Below are positions 30,601 through 39,988 of a DNA stretch of 64,000 nt, piece by piece. Source of the stretch: an uncultured bacterium (lineage in GTDB: Bacteria; Acidobacteriota; Thermoanaerobaculia; Multivoradales; JAHZIX01); assembly GCA_965368975.1 (NCBI GenBank), contig CBDUPA010000001.1:480001-544000 (forward strand). The letters run 5' to 3'. How positions within the stretch are numbered: position 1 is the first letter of the stretch; each line of letters opens with the position of its first letter. A program made the position numbers and the translations under genes. The notes beneath the pieces are model-generated. The model was not told where the DNA came from. It saw only the letters and a program-made list of their open reading frames with translations, and searched no databases.

Positions 30601-31193
30601 CTGGTGGCCGTGCTGCCGACGAGGCGCTGGACTGGCTGGCCGAGATCCTGGCGCACGAGATCGCCCACCAGTGGTGGAATCATCAGGTGATTCCCGCCGA
30701 CGTCCAGGGAGCGACGCTGATCGCCGAGGCGCTGTCGGAGTACTCCGCCCTGTCGGTGGTGGAAGAACTCTACGGGCCGCGCATGGTGCGTCGCTTCCTC
30801 GACGTCCAACGCGACCGCTACTTGGCGCGCCGCGGCCACGAAAAGGTGCGCGAGATGCCACTGGCTCGGGTCGAGAACCAGCCCTACCTGCACTACAGCA
30901 AGGGCAGCCTTCACTTCTGGGCCCTGCGCGAGCTGGCTGGCGCGGACGTGCTCGACGGCGCGCTACGGGCCTTCTTGCGCGAGCACGCATTCCAGGGGCC
31001 GCCCTACCCGACGTCGCGTGACTTGCTCGGCCACTTGCGCCGAGCCTTACCACCTGAGCGGCGGGCCATCGTGCACGAACTGTTCGAGACGGTCACGCTG
31101 GTCGACTACAAACCCGGCCCCGACACCGCATCCGATGGCTCTTCGCCTTCCGACCTTTCGCCCACCAACCGTTCTCCGGAAACCGACAACTGA
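27645..31193 (+). CDS. ABC-2 permease / M1 aminopeptidase fusion
   Basis: Two multi-TM permease halves followed by a soluble domain with HEIAH...EALSEY and YSKG. Confidence 0.88.
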   Translation: MWKEILCFELRYQVRQPLFVVSLLAFFALGIALASSDAGAAIGDAPGTSLRNAPIVILRLMPVFSLLGLFVITAFAANAALRDIELGSESLFRTKPLSRLDYLGGRFAGAMIVSLLVLAAGVLGQGLGTFAPWQAEDRLGPFTLLPYLFGLLVIVLPNLLAMGALFFALAIASRRLTLTFLAVVFFVGMQDLVETVALGLDNRVWGSLLEPSGIVALETVARYWSVAEQSHRLPELAGVLLANRLLWLVVGFAVLAITMVRFKVLGTSRRGRRQREVAANHDPANHDPANHDPANHGPTSHDPATHEPGPRGTARPIRGPALSPAQLDVAWSQRLGQLVHQVRLELSEVIPRAPFLTLLAFGLMFVVAFAFQAGAYQDMPSLPLTELMLQAIQIGTRLTLVLILVFYAGEVVFSQRSLRVDGLFDALPVPNWLLLGAKLVTLVAVIAVFLLSAVVCTVGVQLVRGFFDVDGGLYLQGIVLLALPLLLTTVLAVFLQVLTQQRMAGYLLTVAVLVFSFAAPRLGIESHLWLYGGHPAMTYSAFTGYGHHLPSYLAYLGYWGFAALGLTVLALLLWQRGTIGPLRTRLAKLWHGSPGPSSHLRSPVGLVFLAALLGMVGSTAWIHAHSKLPGGGLDRDGILGRLADYEHHYGQFRQLPLPRVTSVYAEVDIYPRQRRVDLRGRYRLENTGDEPLLSLPVTINARWVEGVLVVYGGVTLTEVELPAHRARIEDAARGFYLFDLERPLLPGDSLDFGWSVEVDQRSLVNRRHNDLVIDNGTFFSDRNFMPVIGYADGNRLLDPLERRKRDLPPIVRAADLDDVDAAQRNYLHADWVDVEVILSTSADQIALAPGDLVRQWDDAERPAGSGNGRRFFHYRATAAEGAPINQLLPFLSAAYEVRRDQWDEVDIEIYYHPDHGANVQRFLDITKATLASLSRRFGPYPHRQLRIVEAPRTHGEVAFSFGQTIVFSEAWCWNADLEAVDAQLRAGGRAADEALDWLAEILAHEIAHQWWNHQVIPADVQGATLIAEALSEYSALSVVEELYGPRMVRRFLDVQRDRYLARRGHEKVREMPLARVENQPYLHYSKGSLHFWALRELAGADVLDGALRAFLREHAFQGPPYPTSRDLLGHLRRALPPERRAIVHELFETVTLVDYKPGPDTASDGSSPSDLSPTNRSPETDN
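28479..28568 (+). repeat. 15-bp in-frame tandem repeat (ANHDP-like x6)
   Basis: gccaaccacgaccca x3 plus three degenerate copies. Confidence 0.9.
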
Positions 31194-31206
31194 CGCGGAG
31201 CTTGCC

Positions 31207-32103
31207 ATGCTGACGATTCAAGACCTGACCAAGACATACCCCAACGGCGTGCAGGCACTGCGCGGCATCGATCTCACCATCCAGCCTGGGCTCTTCGGCC
31301 TGCTTGGACCCAATGGTGCCGGCAAGTCGAGCCTGATGCGGACGCTGGCGACATTGCAGGACGCTGACGGCGGCAGCGTCCGTTTCGGTGATCTCGACGT
31401 GCTGCGCGACAAAGACCAGATGCGTCGCGTACTCGGATATCTGCCGCAGGACTTCGGGCTCTATCCTCGCATCGACGCGGAGACCTTGCTCCACCACTTC
31501 GCTCGGCTCAAGGGGGTAGCGCGCCGCGGCGAGCGCTCAGATGCCGTAGAGCGACTCCTACGGCTGACCAATCTGTGGCCAGTGCGGCGGCAGAAGCTCG
31601 GCACCTTCTCGGGCGGCATGCGGCAGCGCTTCGGCATTGCACAGGCGCTGCTCGGCGAGCCCCGGCTGCTGATCGTCGACGAGCCGACCACCGGCCTCGA
31701 CCCGGAAGAGCGGCGCCGCTTTCTCAACCTGTTGGCAAGCGTCGGGGAACAGGCGGTGGTCATCTTGTCCACTCATCTGGTCGCTGACGTGAGCGAACTG
31801 TGTCGGCAGATGGCGGTCATTCGCCAGGGAGAGGTCGTGCTGCAGGGGGATCCAGAGCAGCTTCTGGAGCGGCTGCGCGGGCGCATCTGGCGCCGGACAG
31901 GTGGCGATCCAGGGGGCGAGCCGCCAGAGTCTGCACTGCTGCTGTCGACCCATCTGCACGGTGGCCGGACCGTAGCGCGCTACGAGAGCACCGCCTGCCC
32001 AGGGCCTGAGTTCGTGGCGGTCGAAGCCAACCTCGAGGACGTCTACTTCTCGACCCTGCGCGGCGGTGCCGCCGAGGCCAGCCGAGGTCACACGCCTTCG
32101 TGA
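31207..32103 (+). CDS. ABC transporter ATP-binding protein
   Basis: GPNGAGKS, FSGGMRQR, IVDEPT, LSTH; start MLTIQDL after GGAG. Confidence 0.93.
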   Translation: MLTIQDLTKTYPNGVQALRGIDLTIQPGLFGLLGPNGAGKSSLMRTLATLQDADGGSVRFGDLDVLRDKDQMRRVLGYLPQDFGLYPRIDAETLLHHFARLKGVARRGERSDAVERLLRLTNLWPVRRQKLGTFSGGMRQRFGIAQALLGEPRLLIVDEPTTGLDPEERRRFLNLLASVGEQAVVILSTHLVADVSELCRQMAVIRQGEVVLQGDPEQLLERLRGRIWRRTGGDPGGEPPESALLLSTHLHGGRTVARYESTACPGPEFVAVEANLEDVYFSTLRGGAAEASRGHTPS

Positions 32104-32255
32104 CTGTATCTTCGCGGATTCAGGATGGTGCTTCTGCTATCATTACGAGCAATTCAGATTTCACAACTCGCCCATTCGAGGCGACATCCTCGTCCATATC
32201 GCAGGCTCTGAGACACGCTTCTCAGGGTCGCGGTATCAACTCCAAGGAGATGCTC

Positions 32256-33764
32256 ATGCTTCGTCAGAGCTCTATTTCCACCGTGTTGCGCGCACTCTTC
32301 GTGCTCGCCCTCTCGCTCGGTCTGGCCGCCTGTGGCGGCGAGTCGACGGCTCCGGGTCCGGAACCGGCGGTCAACGCCGATGCCTGTACCGAGTCTTTCG
32401 CGGCCGGTTTCCAGGCCGACAAGTGCCAGCTGGCCAACGGCGACAATCCACCGATCAGTCCGCTGTACTGGCCGGATGTCTGTACGCCGTCCCTACAGGG
32501 CTGGACCCCAACGCAAGGTAGCTTTGACCAGCTGTCCTGGCGTTCTTTCCTTTACAATAGCTGGCCGGCCGACGGTAGCGGCCAGCCGGACACCAGCCAG
32601 CAGATCGGCGTCCAGGTCGGTGGCGTCTTCCCGGACATGGTCTGGCAGACGTACAAGAATGCCCAAGACGTCATCGGCTCCAGCAGCGACGCGGTGGCCG
32701 ACTACGCGAGCCCCAGCCCGGTTCCAGAAGGCTGCGACCCAGAAGGTCCGCGCGTACTGACCATGACCGCCAAGTTCCCGGAAAACTCGATCGCGGCGGT
32801 GCGCTCGGCTCTGCTGGAGGGCACGGAAGACGGAGCTTCATTGTCTAGCATCGATCAGGCGTTCCGCGGGCCGCTGTATCCGCAGGGTCCCGATCCGCTG
32901 CTGCCGGTGTTCTATGAGATCCGGATCAACGAGACCGAGTACACCTCGATCGTCAATGCCCAGGCGCAGGACAAGTCACCAAAGGAACTCAACTGCGTCG
33001 ACCAAGGCGCGGACTGCAAGCCGTTCAGTTTCGAGCTTGGCTCGACCGAGGTCAAGGCGGCTTGGAAAGCCCTGAGCGACGACGAGAAGAACTCCGGCAC
33101 CTTCTTCTACCAGGATCTGCAGGTCGTCGATCCGTCCGATGGAACGTGCTCGGTGCGTACCATGGGTCTGGTCGGCCTCCACATCGCTCGCAAGGTGAGC
33201 CACGCCGTGCCGGCCGAAGACACGCGCACTATCGCCTGGGCTTGGTCGACCTTCGAGCAGAACAACAACGTGCCACCCGTGGGCAGTGACGGCAGTGGGG
33301 GCAGCTACTCGTTCTACAACCCGGACTGCACCCCCGCCGTCGACGACGCCACCTGCGCGGCGCTCGATCCCAGTACGGCGCATCCGGAAGAGCAGTACCA
33401 GTGCTGCCCGAACCTCTACCGCTATGCAGCGGGAACCGTGCCGGCCAACCCGACCCCCAACCAGGTAACCCGCATCGATGCGGCGCCATCCGAGACGCAG
33501 GCGTGCGACGCGGTCTACGATCCGCTCGACAAGGGCGTGTTCAACAACTACTCCCTGGTCGTCACGCAGTGGCCGAAAGCGGCGGACGGCCCTCCGTTCA
33601 CGCCGATCATCACCCCGACGCACTCTCGCAACACGGTGATCGAGACCTACTTCGCCGAGTGGCAGAACGGTGAGCAGGTCAACACCAGCAGTTGCATGGG
33701 TTGTCACGGTGGCTCGTCGGCGGTCGACATGAGCTACATCTTCCTGCCCAACGCTAGCAACTGA
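32256..33764 (+). CDS. Lipoprotein with a single C-terminal CxxCH (atypical cytochrome c)
   Basis: Lipobox LAAC; SWRSF..NSWP, EVKAAWK, LVGLHI, WSTFE; SSCMGCH near the C-terminus. Confidence 0.7.
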   Translation: MLRQSSISTVLRALFVLALSLGLAACGGESTAPGPEPAVNADACTESFAAGFQADKCQLANGDNPPISPLYWPDVCTPSLQGWTPTQGSFDQLSWRSFLYNSWPADGSGQPDTSQQIGVQVGGVFPDMVWQTYKNAQDVIGSSSDAVADYASPSPVPEGCDPEGPRVLTMTAKFPENSIAAVRSALLEGTEDGASLSSIDQAFRGPLYPQGPDPLLPVFYEIRINETEYTSIVNAQAQDKSPKELNCVDQGADCKPFSFELGSTEVKAAWKALSDDEKNSGTFFYQDLQVVDPSDGTCSVRTMGLVGLHIARKVSHAVPAEDTRTIAWAWSTFEQNNNVPPVGSDGSGGSYSFYNPDCTPAVDDATCAALDPSTAHPEEQYQCCPNLYRYAAGTVPANPTPNQVTRIDAAPSETQACDAVYDPLDKGVFNNYSLVVTQWPKAADGPPFTPIITPTHSRNTVIETYFAEWQNGEQVNTSSCMGCHGGSSAVDMSYIFLPNASN

Positions 33765-33847
33765 TTCGGCTATAGGGCCGGATGCGTCGAGAGCATCCGG
33801 CCCTGCCGGTAGTCTCCAATCCATCCGAGTTTCCTAGGAGGACTGAT

Positions 33848-34729
33848 ATGTGCAAGAGCAGATGCCTTTTGTCTATGCTGGCAGTGCTAGTACTGGCCAG
33901 TGCCGTGTCCGCACAACCGGTAGCAGTCTCGCCCTACATGCAGCAGGTGATCAACCCAGGAGGGTCGTACAAGGGGCCCGGTGATCTGGTGCCACCCAAC
34001 GGTCCACCGGCCGCTTCGGTGTGCTGGACCGCCCAGCCCGCAGCCTGCAATGTGTATGGCGTGACCGGCATGGACGCCGGGTGTCCGGATCCTGCGATCT
34101 CGGTCGACCTGCAGGTCACCCTGTACTGGGATCAGCCGGATCCGTGGAACAGCTGGGATTGTATCGACCACCCTGAGGGGCAGTACAAAGGGACGGTCAC
34201 ACGGGCGCAGCTGGCGTCCGCCTGTTCCACCGCGCGTGCGACGCTGAGCGGCCCGCCGCTGGTCGACTTCGTGGTCTTCGGGCCGTATGACGTCCCGAGT
34301 CTATACGTCTATCCCCATGTCGCGTTGCGCGAGTACTGTGTGACCCACCTGAGCCACATGGGGCCGGATCTGGCGGAGTGCAACCCCAACTACGATCAGG
34401 CGTTCACCAAGCCACACCTGACGCAATGGCCGGTCACGGGACAGCCCGGTAAGACCATTCCGCACTTTGCGATCGAGGTCACACGTCCGGGGTACACCAC
34501 CTATTTCGGCTTCTGGGACGATCCGGGGACCGGAGAGCTTGCCGACTACGTGACGCTCAACAAGCACTGCGCCGAGGATACGATCGGCTCGGCGCCGAAC
34601 ATCGATGGCGCCCGTATTCGCATCAACTGTGACTGCCAGGAAGGCGCGCTGTCGCTGATCGATGCTGCCAATCCGTTGAATCCGTTCCCGAGCAACGGCA
34701 TCGTCTACTGGTTCTTCGGCGAGCCCTGA
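33848..34729 (+). CDS. Secreted Cys-rich hypothetical protein
   Basis: GGAGG SD; signal peptide ending AVSA; about ten Cys in the mature part. Confidence 0.65.
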   Translation: MCKSRCLLSMLAVLVLASAVSAQPVAVSPYMQQVINPGGSYKGPGDLVPPNGPPAASVCWTAQPAACNVYGVTGMDAGCPDPAISVDLQVTLYWDQPDPWNSWDCIDHPEGQYKGTVTRAQLASACSTARATLSGPPLVDFVVFGPYDVPSLYVYPHVALREYCVTHLSHMGPDLAECNPNYDQAFTKPHLTQWPVTGQPGKTIPHFAIEVTRPGYTTYFGFWDDPGTGELADYVTLNKHCAEDTIGSAPNIDGARIRINCDCQEGALSLIDAANPLNPFPSNGIVYWFFGEP

Positions 34730-34851
34730 GTTTCCCCAGTGCCTGCAGGATATGAGTCCGTTCCTGAGAATCTGGAAAGACTCCAGGGGCGGGCTCTCTC
34801 ACTCGATGAGAGGCCTCGGACTGTGGCGCCGCACGACGAGAACTCCAGGCC

Positions 34852-35532
34852 TCAAGCGCCAACAGCTACCGGTTCAGGGGTTTCAAGTTGCGTCAGCTTC
34901 TGCTGGGCCGCCCGATGTAGGCCTGACAGGACGAGTGAGGCTGCGAGGTCGACGCTGGTCGTTTCTTGCAGCGTCTTGCGTTCCCGCTCCGTGAGACAAT
35001 CTGGCCCAGGGTGGCCGTTGATCTCCTGGATCAATTTGTATGCTTCACCGTCGAGAAGACCCAGCACATAGGTTGGTCCATCTGGGTGTCTGGCTTTGAA
35101 CCGTTGGTACTCGTCGCGGATACCAGGTACCTCGCCGGTGAAGCCAGAAGTCTTGCCGCCGACGAACACGGCCGCACCCGATTTGCCGATCATTTCATCC
35201 CGCATCGTAGCCAGGTCGTCTGCATCGACCCAATGCAGGGAGAATTCCGGTTCATAGATCTCCGGTGGTGCCGATTTGCGAAACCGGGGGAGTTGGTAGA
35301 GGTCAATGGTTGGATCATCGAATTCCTGGGCTACGTGCTGGACTAGGGGCGTGACACTTGGGTGGCCGCCAAAGACAAGGTGTCCGCCATCGGCGAGTAA
35401 CTCGCGCACGAAGGTGGCGATGAAGTGTTCCAGGTCGAGTGCCCGATGGGTTTCGACGAGTTCTTCCGGCAGGCTAGCCGACAGAAATACGGGCAGGTTC
35501 CGCAGGTCTGTGATGTCGGATGAGATAGACAT
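34852..35532 (-). CDS. Standalone SLOG-domain protein (SLOG cluster 3-like)
   Basis: VFLSASLP, LVFGGHPSVTP, MRDEMI, AAVFVGG, GIRDEY; AAGGAG SD. Confidence 0.8.
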   Translation of the reverse strand: MSISSDITDLRNLPVFLSASLPEELVETHRALDLEHFIATFVRELLADGGHLVFGGHPSVTPLVQHVAQEFDDPTIDLYQLPRFRKSAPPEIYEPEFSLHWVDADDLATMRDEMIGKSGAAVFVGGKTSGFTGEVPGIRDEYQRFKARHPDGPTYVLGLLDGEAYKLIQEINGHPGPDCLTERERKTLQETTSVDLAASLVLSGLHRAAQQKLTQLETPEPVAVGA

Positions 35533-35562
35533 GTGCACTCCTTGGTTTCCTTCGCAACTATC

Positions 35563-36669
35563 TTACGCCAAATGCTGTGCGAGGATACGATTGGCCTCGA
35601 CGAGAGGACAAACCTCGAGCGGCGCCCGACCGCGAGCCCAATGCACCGCCGCGCGCGTCGACGTACCGAGGTGGTGATCACCACACAGGAGCACGGCGCT
35701 GCAGCGGCCTTCTTCACGGTAGCTTCGATACAGTCGGTGCAGGCTCTCGAGCGAGGGTAGAGAGTCCTCGTACTCGAATAGGACCCGCTTGCTGGAACTG
35801 TGTACCAGAACACGCCGTCGTCCGCGGTCAAGCAGCTGCAGGCCTTCCAGTTCGGCGAGTTCACCGAGAGTCCGGCGGCAACGCTGGTCGAAGGAAGCAG
35901 CTGCGCCGATACCCCGGGCGATCAAGCTTCTGACCTTCGATAGCCGTTCCGGGTCTGTCTCGTCCCAGGTCAGCCGCTCAACGGCAGGAACCAGGGGGCA
36001 GACCGTGGTCTGGCCGACTCCTAGAACGCGAACCTGGATCCGTTGCCGGTGGGCTTCTGCGATCTCGGCTCGGACCCAGTCCGATTCACGGGCAGCTGCG
36101 GTGTCGATCAACAGCACAAAATCTTTCTCGTTGACCTGCCCCATGATCCGCTCCTGGACGACTGCTCCCTTCTCGATCTGATGGATGTCCAGGAAGGCTT
36201 GATACTTGTGGGCCCACAAGTTCTCGTAGATAGCCTGTGCAACTTCGCTGCCGTCCCGGCGGGCGTAGGAAATGAAGACCTTCTGTTTGTCTGGGAAGGC
36301 TTCCAAGCCGAAGTAGCTCCTGACGGTTTGTAAGAGCGTCCTTCCGTCGGGGGCGAAGCCCACTGCATTGCGGTTGTAGAGAGCACGAATCGAGACTGTT
36401 CGGAAGCTGAAGGCTGCTAGGTCCTCGACCACCGGGATCAACGGCAACCGTCGGCGATCGGCCTCGTGGACGAAGTCGATCACCGCTGGGTCGGCCAAGC
36501 TCTGAGGTGTCATGACGACCAAGGCGACGGTCGGCGCCGCTGCCTCCTCGTCTTGCGGAAACCAGGACGGATCGGTACGGATCGTGCCCTGTTCGGTGAG
36601 GAGATCTCGAATCCGATCGCGCAGGCCAATTGCATCGCCGGCTGCGATGAGCAAAATATACTTGTTCAA
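35563..36669 (-). CDS. TIR-domain protein (degenerate TIR-like N-domain, TIR with catalytic Glu, C-terminal alpha/beta domain)
   Basis: KVFISYARRDG, AFLD, DFVLLIDT, ESDWVRAEI; TTG start after AGGAG. Confidence 0.85.
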   Translation of the reverse strand: MNKYILLIAAGDAIGLRDRIRDLLTEQGTIRTDPSWFPQDEEAAAPTVALVVMTPQSLADPAVIDFVHEADRRRLPLIPVVEDLAAFSFRTVSIRALYNRNAVGFAPDGRTLLQTVRSYFGLEAFPDKQKVFISYARRDGSEVAQAIYENLWAHKYQAFLDIHQIEKGAVVQERIMGQVNEKDFVLLIDTAAARESDWVRAEIAEAHRQRIQVRVLGVGQTTVCPLVPAVERLTWDETDPERLSKVRSLIARGIGAAASFDQRCRRTLGELAELEGLQLLDRGRRRVLVHSSSKRVLFEYEDSLPSLESLHRLYRSYREEGRCSAVLLCGDHHLGTSTRAAVHWARGRAPLEVCPLVEANRILAQHLA

Positions 36670-36679
36670 AGCCTCTCCT

Positions 36680-39600
36680 TCAGTTCACGGGTGCCGACAG
36701 CCCACGCCCCGGCGTCCAGGGGGCGCCAGCTGCTTCGGCCTTGGCTTCGAAGGCTTCCAGGTCGCTGAGTAACGCTGCCAGGTCGGCGTGCAGCTGTTGG
36801 TAGCCTTCCTTGGCCCAGGCGTAGTCCTGACGATCGGTCTCCGTCGGGGTCTGCGTCGACAGCCACTGGCTGCCCTGGACGCGCTCGATGCGGCCGCGCA
36901 GGGACGGCGGGGTGAAGACATTGCGTGAGCCCTTGGTGCCGTCGCCTTCGAGGGTCAGTTGGACAGCATCGAGACGCTGTTGCAAGCTCTCCAGCTCGGC
37001 GGTCAGGGTGGCATCCGCGGCCGGGGTGTCGATCAGGGCTTGGCGTAGGTGCTCGATGCGGACGTCGATCTCGTCGGCCACCTCGACACTGCCGCGGATG
37101 GCGCGGCGCAGGCTGCGCACATCGTGCTGAAAGGCCATGATGGCTTGCTTGTCTTCGGCCGCCAGGGTGTTCAGCTCTAGGGGGATGACTTCGAACTCGC
37201 TCGGTCCGGCGAGCGTCTGCCACTGGCCGTCGACGCGCGCTTCGAGGGTGGCGTTGTAGGTGCCGGGTAGGGCCAACGGACCACGCTCGGGCTCGATCCA
37301 TGACGGGAGGTCGGTGGGCGGATTGAGATCGGTGGGAGCTGCGGGCGGGTAGCGCAGGTCCCAGGTGACGCGGTGCAGGCCGGCTTTGCGCTCGGCCTCG
37401 ACGCGGCGGATCACATCATCGCCATCGCGCACCACCAGGAACACCTGTGGCTCGACTTCGAGATCTTCGCGCCGTAGTTCCGCCATCGTGGCGATCGGCG
37501 CATCGGTCTTGGCCTCGCGTGCCGCTTCTTCGGCTTCGTTGCGCTGCTCGCGCAGCGTCTTCAGACCATCGCGCAGCCAGTAGGTGAAGGTGGCGCCGTA
37601 GGGTGGGTTGGGTGCGGTCCAGAAGTTCGCGCCGCGGGTCATCCGACGGTCACGCTTTTCGATGTAGCGCAGTGCCTCGCGCGCCGGGAAGAGAATCGCC
37701 GTTTCGCTCTCGAAGCTCTCCTCGGACATGGTGCGTAGCGGCGTGTAGTCGTCGAGCACGTAGAAACCACGGCCGAAGGTGCCGACGACGAGATCGTTCC
37801 AGTCGCGCTGGATGTCCAGGTCCCGCACCTGGATGGTGGGGAAGCCGCCGTTGAGCTGGTGCCAGTGAGCGCCTTCGTCCAGGGTCACCCACAGGTGGAA
37901 CTCGGTGCCGGCGAACAAGAGCTTCTCGTTCTCATGATCCTGGATCAGCGTGTAGGCGACCTCACGTTCCGGCAGGTCACCGCGCATCGACGTCCAGGTG
38001 GCGCCCTGGTCGCGACTGACCGCGACGTACGGGGTGAAGTCGCCCTGCTTGTGGTTGTCGAAGGTGGCGTAGACGACGTTCTCGTCGAAGAGCGACGCTT
38101 CCAGATCACTGACATAGGTGTTCTGGGGCACGAAAGGTACGCGGTCGATGGCGCGCCAGGTCTCGCCACCGTCGGTGGTGACGTGGATCAGGCCATCATC
38201 AGTGCCGACGTAGAGCAGGTTTTCGTTGAGTGGTGATTCACTCAGCGACACGATGTTGCCGTAGTTGGAGGTCGACTTGTTCTTGTGGATCGCGTCCATC
38301 TCCCACAACCGGCCCATGATCGGCAGCTGGTCGCGGTCGAGCTGACGGCTCAGGTCGCCGGAGACAGCACGCCAGCTGTTGCCGCGGTCGTCGCTGCGGT
38401 AGAGCCGCTGGCTGGCGTAATACAGGCGGGTGTGCAGGTGGTGCGACAGGATCAGCGGTGAGTCCCAATTCCAGCGGTCGGCGTCCTGGCCGGGTTCTTC
38501 CTGCGGCTGAATGTCGATCGCTTCTTCGGACTGACGGTCATAACGCACCAGGCCGCCGTACTGCCACTGGGCATAGAGGATGTTCGGGTCGGTCGGGTCG
38601 ACGCGTGTCTCATAGCCGTCACCGCCGACGGTGATGAACCAGTCCTCGTTGGAGATGCCGGAGCTGTGCATCGTGCGGCTCGGACCGCCCATCGAGTCGT
38701 TGTCCTGGGTACCGCCGAAGATGTAGTAGAAGGGCTTCGAGGTGTCGGTGCTGACACGGTAGAACTGGGTGATCGGCAGGTTTTCCTTGAAGTTCCAGTT
38801 CTCGCCGCGGTCGAAACTCTCGTAGACGCCGCCGTCGTTGCCCACCATCATGTAGTCGGGGTCGTTCGGATCCAACCACACGGCGTGGTGATCGACGTGC
38901 TGACGCTTGCCGGGCACTTTCTCGTAGCTAGCGCCGCCATCCCGCGTCACCCACAGCCAGACGCCCACCGAGTAGACGGTGTCGCGGTCGTGCGGGTCGC
39001 AGGTCAGCTCGTTCCAGTAGTCACCGCCCTGCACGTGGCCGGAGCGCTTCTCCCAGCTCTCGCCGCGATCGGTGGAGCGGAAGGTACCGCCCTCGTCGCG
39101 CACCGCGTCGAGTTCCGCGTAGATCACGTTGGGGTCGACGGGCGAGATGCACAGGCCCATGCGGCCACGATCGGCGTCCGGTAGGCCCTTGTCGATCTGG
39201 CGCCAGGTCGCACCGCCGTCGGTCGACTTGTGGAAGGCGGATTCCGGGCCGCCGTTGAGCAGTGTCCAGACGTGGCGTCGGCGCTGGTAGGAGGTGGCGT
39301 AAACGACGTTCGGGTCGAGCAGGTCGAGCCACACCTCGGCAACGCCGGTGTCGTCCGAGACGTGCAGGATGCGCTCCCAGGTTTCGCCGCCGTCGACGGT
39401 CTTGTACAGTCCTCGGTCGCCGCCGGCATTCCACAGCGGTCCCATCGCCGCGACATAGACGACATTCGGGTCGCGCGGGTCGACCTCGATGCGCCCGATG
39501 TGCTCCGAGTTCTCTAGCCCCATGTGCTGCCAACTCTGACCGCCGTCGAGACTCTTGTAGATGCCGTCACCGAAGGACACCGAGCGCTGCGAGTTGTTTT

Positions 39601-39988
39601 CGCCCGTGCCAACCCAGATCACGTTGTGGTTCTTCGGGTCGATGGTGACGGTGCCGATCGAGTACGAACCCTCGTCGTCGAACACCGGCTTCCAGGTGGT
39701 GCCGGCGTTGGTGGTTTTCCACAGGCCACCGGAGGCGGTGGCGGCGAAGTAGCGGTGGCGCTTACCCGGTGTCACCGCGAAGTCGATGATGCGGCCGGAA
39801 TTGATCGCCGGTCCGATCCCGCGCAGGCTGAGGCCGGAAAGCGCGTCGGCATTGAGGCGGGTCTCGGGTTCTTCCGTCTCTTCGGCCAGTGCCGTCGAGG
39901 CCGGCAGCCAGCCAGCGAGCCCGCCGGCAAGGCCGAGCAGTCCACACCATTGCAGTGCGCAGAGTACGATCACCATCCACTTCTTCAC
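36680..39988 (-). CDS. Secreted BNR/Asp-box beta-propeller glycosyl-hydrolase-like (VPS10-like) protein
   Basis: Many SxDxGxTW repeats, GRIIDF, GTGENN, GTFGRG; signal peptide. Confidence 0.88.
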   Translation of the reverse strand: MKKWMVIVLCALQWCGLLGLAGGLAGWLPASTALAEETEEPETRLNADALSGLSLRGIGPAINSGRIIDFAVTPGKRHRYFAATASGGLWKTTNAGTTWKPVFDDEGSYSIGTVTIDPKNHNVIWVGTGENNSQRSVSFGDGIYKSLDGGQSWQHMGLENSEHIGRIEVDPRDPNVVYVAAMGPLWNAGGDRGLYKTVDGGETWERILHVSDDTGVAEVWLDLLDPNVVYATSYQRRRHVWTLLNGGPESAFHKSTDGGATWRQIDKGLPDADRGRMGLCISPVDPNVIYAELDAVRDEGGTFRSTDRGESWEKRSGHVQGGDYWNELTCDPHDRDTVYSVGVWLWVTRDGGASYEKVPGKRQHVDHHAVWLDPNDPDYMMVGNDGGVYESFDRGENWNFKENLPITQFYRVSTDTSKPFYYIFGGTQDNDSMGGPSRTMHSSGISNEDWFITVGGDGYETRVDPTDPNILYAQWQYGGLVRYDRQSEEAIDIQPQEEPGQDADRWNWDSPLILSHHLHTRLYYASQRLYRSDDRGNSWRAVSGDLSRQLDRDQLPIMGRLWEMDAIHKNKSTSNYGNIVSLSESPLNENLLYVGTDDGLIHVTTDGGETWRAIDRVPFVPQNTYVSDLEASLFDENVVYATFDNHKQGDFTPYVAVSRDQGATWTSMRGDLPEREVAYTLIQDHENEKLLFAGTEFHLWVTLDEGAHWHQLNGGFPTIQVRDLDIQRDWNDLVVGTFGRGFYVLDDYTPLRTMSEESFESETAILFPAREALRYIEKRDRRMTRGANFWTAPNPPYGATFTYWLRDGLKTLREQRNEAEEAAREAKTDAPIATMAELRREDLEVEPQVFLVVRDGDDVIRRVEAERKAGLHRVTWDLRYPPAAPTDLNPPTDLPSWIEPERGPLALPGTYNATLEARVDGQWQTLAGPSEFEVIPLELNTLAAEDKQAIMAFQHDVRSLRRAIRGSVEVADEIDVRIEHLRQALIDTPAADATLTAELESLQQRLDAVQLTLEGDGTKGSRNVFTPPSLRGRIERVQGSQWLSTQTPTETDRQDYAWAKEGYQQLHADLAALLSDLEAFEAKAEAAGAPWTPGRGLSAPVN

